DNA of 32,000 nt, from sequence record NC_004629.1. One strand, 5' to 3'. Positions 25,242 to 32,000 of this stretch are shown piece by piece. The translations under genes were made by a program, and so were the position numbers. A model generated the notes under the pieces. That model had not been told where the DNA came from and ran no database searches. It saw nothing but the letters and a program-made list of their open reading frames with translations. The DNA is from Pseudomonas phage phiKZ. Position 1 is the stretch's first letter. The number at the start of each line of letters is the position of its first letter.

Positions 25242-26480
25242 TTATTTTGTTTTTGTATAGTAATTCTTAGTCATAGCACGTAGAATTAAATACAACATCA
25301 ACCCAGTCCTAGTTGCTGCGATATATGCAGGTACCCTAGAATTAGTCGCATCCCTAACTAACTTCTCACCTTCTTCACGCATGAAAATAACTTGAGCATT
25401 TTCTGTTTTAGATGCCATTATCTTTGCTCGTATTTTTACAAGCAATGTTTGTAGATCATTATTTCTAGCAACCATTGTACGGAGTGATTGCATATAATCG
25501 AAAGCATACAATAAGCACTCATCTACGAGTTTCTCAAGCTTTTGTGCCCTAGGTTGACCGATGTTACGGGAAAGGTGTCTAAGTGTCGCCATGAACATTT
25601 CTGGTGGCATTGTGGGCATTATCTTTTCAATAATACCGACTAACTCAGGTCTAATGAAATTTTGTTCTTGTTGCGCAACTTGATGGATATAAGTAAGATA
25701 TGAGCGATACCCAGTAGACTTATCGCGTAGAATCTGCTCACCATCAGAATTAATAGCCATGTCTGATGAAATAACTAATTTACCACCTGATTGCAGTGTT
25801 CTGATATAAACATCATAGTACTTGTTGATTAATTCACGTAGACGTGTTTGAGTATCAGATACTACACGACCAGACCAATAATCCAGTTCTTGTGTTTTAC
25901 CAGTTAAGAAAGGTGCATAAATAGAATCAGGTGCAATGATACCTTCAGCCCGTTGCCTAAATAGTTTCTCCCATGACCCAATTGTCTTAATGTCAAATCG
26001 ATAATTGAGTGCGGCGAATGCAGCTTCGGCTACTTCTTTACGTGCAGGATATTTAAAGCGTGGTACAAGTAAAGATGTTAGATATTTAAAATGCAACACC
26101 ATGAAACAACTAACCATTGCTTCATGTCTAATATTCAAAGGAACATTAGTTGTTTTTAAAAGCCTAGAACAAATATAGGCAGGAAGATGATTGAATACAT
26201 CTGACATTACACGATGGTTAGGGTCAATGAATTCAACTGACTTAAAATCTTGGACTAACAGCGCTTCATCAATTCGTAAAACATCATCATACCAAATCTC
26301 ACGATCCGTATCGAAGAATTTAACTTGTTGTACACCTAGTAATACACCACCAAAGAAAGCAGAGTGATCAGCATTCCTATTCATAAAACTGATAGTAAAG
26401 TCAATAATTCTTTTACATAAATCGCGATCAAATTGAACATCCTTAAAATTTCTATCAAGGACTTCTTTAATAGTTGCCAT
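25242..26480 (-). CDS. hypothetical protein (~412 aa)
   Basis: Long minus-strand ORF; true start probably ATG at 26480 (MATIKEVLDRNF...) because CCAGGAGG lies just upstream, rather than the 26516 start in the track. Confidence 0.85.
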   Translation of the reverse strand: MATIKEVLDRNFKDVQFDRDLCKRIIDFTISFMNRNADHSAFFGGVLLGVQQVKFFDTDREIWYDDVLRIDEALLVQDFKSVEFIDPNHRVMSDVFNHLPAYICSRLLKTTNVPLNIRHEAMVSCFMVLHFKYLTSLLVPRFKYPARKEVAEAAFAALNYRFDIKTIGSWEKLFRQRAEGIIAPDSIYAPFLTGKTQELDYWSGRVVSDTQTRLRELINKYYDVYIRTLQSGGKLVISSDMAINSDGEQILRDKSTGYRSYLTYIHQVAQQEQNFIRPELVGIIEKIMPTMPPEMFMATLRHLSRNIGQPRAQKLEKLVDECLLYAFDYMQSLRTMVARNNDLQTLLVKIRAKIMASKTENAQVIFMREEGEKLVRDATNSRVPAYIAATRTGLMLYLILRAMTKNYYTKTK

Positions 26481-26540
26481 TGGGAAAACCTCCTGGAGAA
26501 TCAAATCATAAGTCATAAAAGTACTTATGTTATTTATTCC

Positions 26541-26552
26541 ATGTAATTACAT
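26541..26552. promoter_or_regulatory. perfect 12-bp palindrome in divergent intergenic region
   Basis: ATGTAATTACAT between the minus-strand gene starting at 26480 and the plus-strand gene at 26571. Confidence 0.4.
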
Positions 26553-26570
26553 AAATTAGAGGATAATAAA

Positions 26571-27440
26571 ATGGTTTATAAAATGATTAGTTTATTAAAC
26601 CTAGCTAACCCTAGTTTAATTCAGCAATTAAGTCAATCGGTATCTAATGAAAAAGATCTAGAAAATCTTAGAACTAGTGGTTGGCTAAAAGATGATCTTA
26701 ACAATAATGTGTTTTTCATTTATTCTGAAACATCTTCTGATATTCTAGCTAGTCTAAGGATTAATTTAACTATTGACCCATGGATAGATAGTGATAATCC
26801 CTATCAGAAACTAGATGTTGGTCAAGTTAGTCGATACATGACAACTGCACTTGCTTGTACTAATAATGATTATGAAGTTAATGTTATTAAAACTATTTCT
26901 AAACTATTATTATCGTTTATTAATAATCAGATATGTTCAGTTAATAATATTAAGTTTAACAATAGTGGTAATGAAACTCAACTATCAGTTGGATTAATAC
27001 ATAACTCTTATACCCTGGACATAGATTTAAATATTGGAATGAAATCATTTATTGATAATAAAACTATTATTGATAAATATAAATTATTTGAAACATCGTT
27101 GAGTAAAACTAAGAGTGAATTTAATTTTTCTATAGTCACTAATGACAAAGTTAATAAAGTTGCATCCATATACAAGACCGCATCTACATGTGAATATGAT
27201 GATGCAATTCTATTTAACAAAGATTCGCTAGTAAGTATAAAACCATTTATTGATGGTCATTCACTTATTACTACTGATCTTATTGAATCACTTATCAAAG
27301 AAATTCAAAATAAAGAAACTAAAAAATTAAAGTTAATCAAAGTTATGTGTTCCAACCATTATCAGAGAACTCATGGAGATTTAATCACAATTGTCTTATG
27401 CAGCCCTGTTAATATTTGGTCCATAACTATCTATGTATAG
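26571..27440 (+). CDS. hypothetical protein (289 aa)
   Basis: Long ORF with GAGGAT upstream. Confidence 0.8.
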   Translation: MVYKMISLLNLANPSLIQQLSQSVSNEKDLENLRTSGWLKDDLNNNVFFIYSETSSDILASLRINLTIDPWIDSDNPYQKLDVGQVSRYMTTALACTNNDYEVNVIKTISKLLLSFINNQICSVNNIKFNNSGNETQLSVGLIHNSYTLDIDLNIGMKSFIDNKTIIDKYKLFETSLSKTKSEFNFSIVTNDKVNKVASIYKTASTCEYDDAILFNKDSLVSIKPFIDGHSLITTDLIESLIKEIQNKETKKLKLIKVMCSNHYQRTHGDLITIVLCSPVNIWSITIYV

Positions 27441-27447
27441 GTAACAT

Positions 27448-27651
27448 ATGGATTTAAATCCTCATGACATCGATAATCAAGCAATATTTAATTATTTAGA
27501 AATGTTGCCATCTACTTTTAAGATAACTGAATCTACTTTTGTTGCTGCTGATTTTGATAGTAATGGCGATGTCATCATACAACTAGAGCAATCATTAATT
27601 TATACTGGTTGCTCTTTATCTAAATTTAATGCGTGTTTTAACACTATGTAA
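27448..27651 (+). CDS. hypothetical protein (67 aa)
   Basis: ORF directly downstream, ends just before a terminator. Confidence 0.65.
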   Translation: MDLNPHDIDNQAIFNYLEMLPSTFKITESTFVAADFDSNGDVIIQLEQSLIYTGCSLSKFNACFNTM

Positions 27652-27658
27652 ATATAAT

Positions 27659-27683
27659 GCCCTCTCCTTATGGAGAGGGCTTA
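27659..27683 (+). terminator. Rho-independent-like terminator
   Basis: GCCCTCTCC-ttat-GGAGAGGGC followed by ttatg. Confidence 0.75.
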
Positions 27684-27737
27684 TGATGTATTTTCTCTTT
27701 TATCATCTGTAGTACAATAACTCAAATATAATTGTAG

Positions 27738-28517
<780 letters not shown>

Positions 28518-28526
28518 GGTACAACC

Positions 28527-29342
28527 ATGGCTAAACGAAAAGCTCGCGCAGTAAGTGCACCGGTAACATTATCAGAAATTAGTGAAATCCCTAATGAAGT
28601 AACTAATGCAGAGGATAGTGTCAATGAACTTGAAACCACTCCTACTGAAATTGTTTCTACTGAATCAAGTGAAAATGAAAATACCACTGCCGATTCAGAA
28701 AACACAGCCACAACTGACTCGACAACAGATGAAGAATCAGAAGACACGTCTTCTACTGAAGCAAATGGAGATGGGGAATCAGAAGAGCCCGATCTATCGG
28801 AGAATCAGGAAGATCCGAAGGAGCCTATAGAAACGCCTGAGGAGCCCGTTGAAGATGATGATGGTTCAAGTGACCCTGATGGTGGCACATCTGAAGAAAA
28901 GCCAACAGAAGGCGATCCAGAGGATCCTGAAGAGCCTACTGAACCTACTGGCCCTGAAGAACCCACTGATCCAATTGATCCGGTGGAACCGCCGCCTGAA
29001 GAACCTAAAGCATTCCAATTAAACCTAGCTACAGTGAAATCACAGTTTGGTGATTTACCAACGTATTGGGCTATTGAGTTAATTAAACGTTATTTCAGTG
29101 CGCCACCTGGTATCTATATCCCAGATGTAGTCGATAACCCTGATTTCAAAATAATGGTTCAACAAGTGAAATTCTTTGGTAATGGTCTACGTCCGATATA
29201 TAACTCTAAGAACATGATTACTTTCACCACTATGTTAGAAGGTGCAAGTGAAGCAACAATCTTAGAGGATATGAAGAAACAACAACCGGCACTACTAAGT
29301 TTATTACCTTGGTATGATCCAAACGCTGAAATAGATAAATGA
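28527..29342 (+). CDS. hypothetical protein with long acidic Ser/Thr/Glu/Pro-rich low-complexity region and globular C-terminus (271 aa)
   Basis: ORF track; residues ~20-165 dominated by E/T/S/P/D, followed by LNLATVKSQFGDLPTYWAIELIKRYFSAPPGIYIPDVVDNPDF... Confidence 0.85.
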   Translation: MAKRKARAVSAPVTLSEISEIPNEVTNAEDSVNELETTPTEIVSTESSENENTTADSENTATTDSTTDEESEDTSSTEANGDGESEEPDLSENQEDPKEPIETPEEPVEDDDGSSDPDGGTSEEKPTEGDPEDPEEPTEPTGPEEPTDPIDPVEPPPEEPKAFQLNLATVKSQFGDLPTYWAIELIKRYFSAPPGIYIPDVVDNPDFKIMVQQVKFFGNGLRPIYNSKNMITFTTMLEGASEATILEDMKKQQPALLSLLPWYDPNAEIDK

Positions 29343-29344
29343 AC

Positions 29345-29371
29345 ATATCGCCTCCCCTAGGGGAGGCTTTA
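29345..29371 (+). terminator. Rho-independent-like terminator
   Basis: catatcGCCTCCCC-TA-GGGGAGGCtttatg. Confidence 0.8.
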
Positions 29372-29384
29372 TGCTGAGTTAAAA

Positions 29385-29410
29385 AAAGTTTAAGATCTAT
29401 ATTACTAATT
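29385..29410 (+). promoter_or_regulatory. putative early-type promoter, TATATTAC at 29398-29405
   Basis: gtttaagatcTATATTACtaatttgc upstream of the 29446 ORF. Confidence 0.55.
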
Positions 29411-29445
29411 TGCAATAATAAACAATATTCAAATAGGTATCTATA

Positions 29446-30261
29446 ATGACTGAATCAACTACTTTTAGTTTTACCCCTAATCCACATCTAAAAGAAATAT
29501 ACGATAATTTTAAAAATAAATATCCTAAAAACAGTGTAATCTACGGTTGGATAAATAAAGAAAATAATAAATGGGGAATTACCGGTAATACGAAATATAA
29601 TTCAATTACCGGTACTGGCCATAATGTTCAATACATTAATCATCTAATTTCTAGACTACTAGAAGAAGAACAGCATTTTGAGAATACACGTATTGAAAGA
29701 GCATGGCTTAATTTAATTGAGTCATATGAAGACAGTTATAAAAGCGATGTATCTCACTATACTAATCTGCCATTAAAAGCCACCTTACCAATTGGTAAGC
29801 TCAATGTATTTCAAATCGGAAGAGCACACTCAGATGAACTAGGTATGATTACACTAAAATCTGCCAATGTATCAGAAATCATTATTGAGTCTAAATCAGC
29901 TCTTGATGAAGCTCTTAATTCTATTGATTGCATTATTCATGAAAACATTAAAACTGATTTTAAAGTACTCATGCATGAATTTTATAAAAATGAACCATAT
30001 AGGCCTGATTGGTTAAAAGAAAATGGTACATGCAAATTTATTCAATCAACCTTTAACATTGGTTCATCATTTGATTTAATTTACTATGGATGGAAGTGGG
30101 AAGGTGTAACCAGAATTAAAACAAGTGATCGAGATGCAGCTGATATGCTGTATTCTGGTATTATTATTAATACATCAAAATTAGTTAATGATCCAGATAA
30201 TGAACCGTTATTTGAACAATTAGTTAATGTATGTGAAGTATCAACTGCTAAAGTAAAATAA
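29446..30261 (+). CDS. hypothetical protein (271 aa)
   Basis: Long ORF downstream of a terminator/promoter-like pair. Confidence 0.8.
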   Translation: MTESTTFSFTPNPHLKEIYDNFKNKYPKNSVIYGWINKENNKWGITGNTKYNSITGTGHNVQYINHLISRLLEEEQHFENTRIERAWLNLIESYEDSYKSDVSHYTNLPLKATLPIGKLNVFQIGRAHSDELGMITLKSANVSEIIIESKSALDEALNSIDCIIHENIKTDFKVLMHEFYKNEPYRPDWLKENGTCKFIQSTFNIGSSFDLIYYGWKWEGVTRIKTSDRDAADMLYSGIIINTSKLVNDPDNEPLFEQLVNVCEVSTAKVK

Positions 30262-30297
30262 GTGTATTATTTTTAATAAATGAAGAGGTTAGAAAAA

Positions 30298-31119
30298 ATG
30301 ACTCAATTTAACATCACCTGGGAAGAACAACTCCAAGCCCTATCTAAGCTAGATGGTTTACATCATCCACATAAATTAGAGGATATCTCCGTTCATTGGG
30401 TATTTAATCCAGTAGATATTTCAGTTTTTGTTACATGTGCGACCATGAGTAGTCATAACACCCACTATACTTTTAAACCGCAGTCAAGTCCAGATGATGC
30501 CATGGTGCGAGAATATGTACTATCTCGCATTATTGCCGATAATCTGAAATATGTTGATAATTTATATCTAGCGGCTGGTGCCGTTATTTGCGGTAATGAC
30601 GAATACATTAGTGATGGTAATGTGGTTGGCATTCATATAGCTGATGGCGTAGGAGGTAACAAGCTTATTCTACCAGTCATTGAATTTATGCCAGGTGTTC
30701 ATGTTGATGATATCAGTGATAAACTAATCAAGTCGTCATCCTATCAAGGTATTTTCAAAACAGATAACCTTGAAGAGTTTGAATTCCTTGTTGATAAGAA
30801 GAATGCAAATAATGTAAAAGAATTAATTCTAGCCTATACTGATTATTTCGCTAATAAGTTGGCCTTTAAAGATCCAGCTGAACCAGCTGTAGAAATGTAT
30901 CAGTTTATTGATCGGACTGAAGTATATTTTAGTTTTGAAGGATGCCATCCAGATGTTGAGGAAGTTCTATTTACCATTAAGATCGTACGTTACAATCAAC
31001 CACTCAATTCAACTGCAATGCAGGTATTTTTGAAAAACCCACTACTCTCGCACATCCGGACAGTTGTCCGGCAGGACCTTCCGGCGAAATTTGTGGGCGG
31101 TGTACTATTTAATTTTTGA
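30298..31119 (+). CDS. hypothetical protein (~273 aa)
   Basis: ORF; ATG 30298 (MTQFNITWEE...) has GAAGAGG upstream and is preferred to the 30280 start. Confidence 0.8.
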   Translation: MTQFNITWEEQLQALSKLDGLHHPHKLEDISVHWVFNPVDISVFVTCATMSSHNTHYTFKPQSSPDDAMVREYVLSRIIADNLKYVDNLYLAAGAVICGNDEYISDGNVVGIHIADGVGGNKLILPVIEFMPGVHVDDISDKLIKSSSYQGIFKTDNLEEFEFLVDKKNANNVKELILAYTDYFANKLAFKDPAEPAVEMYQFIDRTEVYFSFEGCHPDVEEVLFTIKIVRYNQPLNSTAMQVFLKNPLLSHIRTVVRQDLPAKFVGGVLFNF

Positions 31120-31189
31120 GAAATTCATTACTTTAATAGACTGTATTTCTCTTATTTATCTCTTTTCTTCTAAAAAGAAAATTATATAA

Positions 31190-31325
31190 ATAGTATATTA
31201 TGTGGGGGGGACCCTTTGGGGGGGTCCCATATAATATTCCTTATTATTAGAGATGGGGTATAACCTATCCTTAGTTCGAGAATCTAATACTTTTAGTAAT
31301 AAGGGATTGGCTATAAAGAGCCAAT
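31190..31325 (+). promoter_or_regulatory. structured leader with promoter-like TATATTAT, double G7 inverted repeat and second hairpin
   Basis: TATATTATgtgggggggACCCtttggggggGGGTcccatataata (31194-31235) and ATTGGCT-ataaag-AGCCAAT (31306-31325). Confidence 0.5.
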
Positions 31326-31366
31326 ACCGTTTAATTTGAAAATAGAAAAATTGGAAAAAATGAAAA

Positions 31367-31879
31367 ATGTCTGAACAGAAAGATTACACTCTAGTACGTA
31401 CTCCACTAACTCATGATGAGCTAAAGAAAGCATTTAAAGAAGATAACATTCATGCATCTGATGTTCAACTAGATAGGTTAGTTAAGTTATCTGAAGAAGT
31501 ATGTAGTGCTAAAGGCAATTACAACATTCGTCCTTTAGCTAACTCAAAAGGAATGGTATTTGAATTCACCAACAAAGATGGTGAGATCATTGCACTAATT
31601 CCTTTTGATATTTCAAAAGAACGTAAAAATGCCAAAATCCCAAAAACGAAATGGCTTACTGAACTTCTAAACGTTTATCGTTATAAAGTTAGTAAGATTG
31701 AAGTTAAGAATGTACTTAACATGATTATTGATTGTGTTAAGTCTGGTGGTACTTGGCAAACATACATGTGTCGAGATAAGATGGTAATCGAATTTAAATC
31801 TGATACTGGTAAAGTGGTTAATGAATTAATTGTTCATCAAGAACGAACTCATGAAGAGATCGTTACTTTTAAGCACTGA
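31367..31879 (+). CDS. hypothetical protein (170 aa)
   Basis: Long ORF following the structured leader. Confidence 0.85.
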   Translation: MSEQKDYTLVRTPLTHDELKKAFKEDNIHASDVQLDRLVKLSEEVCSAKGNYNIRPLANSKGMVFEFTNKDGEIIALIPFDISKERKNAKIPKTKWLTELLNVYRYKVSKIEVKNVLNMIIDCVKSGGTWQTYMCRDKMVIEFKSDTGKVVNELIVHQERTHEEIVTFKH

Positions 31880-31929
31880 TACCATTTACAAGTTGGTATA
31901 TGAAATTATATTAATCACAATGAGGTGTA

Positions 31930-32000
31930 ATGATGTCTAAAGTAAAAACTCGAATTTACTTTTGTGGTGGTGCTGGTTTCCGTATTGGTGAACTATTCCA
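31930..32000 (+). CDS. phuZ: 5' end of a putative PhuZ-like phage tubulin (truncated at window edge)
   Basis: GAGGTG then ATGATG; translation MMSKVKTRIYFCGGAGFRIGELF... resembles recalled PhuZ N-termini (KVxxxxxxGGxGxxI/V) and the position matches phiKZ order (sheath gp29 ... PhuZ gp39). Confidence 0.5.
   Translation, partial: MMSKVKTRIYFCGGAGFRIGELF

Noticed and set aside
31060-31085. CGGACAGTTGTCCG inverted repeat near the 3' end of the 273 aa gene as a terminator
   Set aside because: Lies within coding sequence, short stem, no T-run.

Overview
This looks like part of a tailed jumbo-phage genome of the phiKZ-like (nucleus-forming, Chimalliviridae-type) lineage. That placement comes from gene order and protein character, since no database search was possible. 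About 0.1-12.5 kb is a plus-strand accessory/early-type region of many small ORFs. Only a dihydrofolate reductase (1582-2103) is clearly recognisable there; several others are short membrane or signal-peptide-like proteins. From 12.6 to 23.5 kb is a structural/packaging block. On the minus strand it has the large terminase, two large structural-type proteins (552 and 898 aa) and a 320 aa protein; diverging on the plus strand are the tail sheath (695 aa) and tail tube (293 aa). This matches the phiKZ gp25-gp30 order. From 23.5 to 32 kb are unassigned ORFs. At the right edge a truncated ORF (MMSKVKTRIYFCGGAGFRIGELF...) resembles the N-terminus of a PhuZ-type phage tubulin. Main observations worth a second look: (1) a repeated intergenic TATATTAC motif like the phiKZ early-promoter core, including a near-identical ~53 bp leader duplicated at two loci; (2) a small gene at 10227-10597 that reads well only with two +1 frame changes and seems to contain a duplicated LDxLRxxLxD...PPR module; (3) a ~260 nt hairpin-rich noncoding interval at 12.0-12.25 kb; (4) a 16-bp perfect hairpin inside an unlisted small ORF near 5.5 kb; (5) an unusual double G7 inverted-repeat leader near 31.2 kb; (6) a palindromic candidate operator between divergent genes at 26.54 kb. 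No CRISPR array, tRNA, rRNA, integrase or transposase was recognised.
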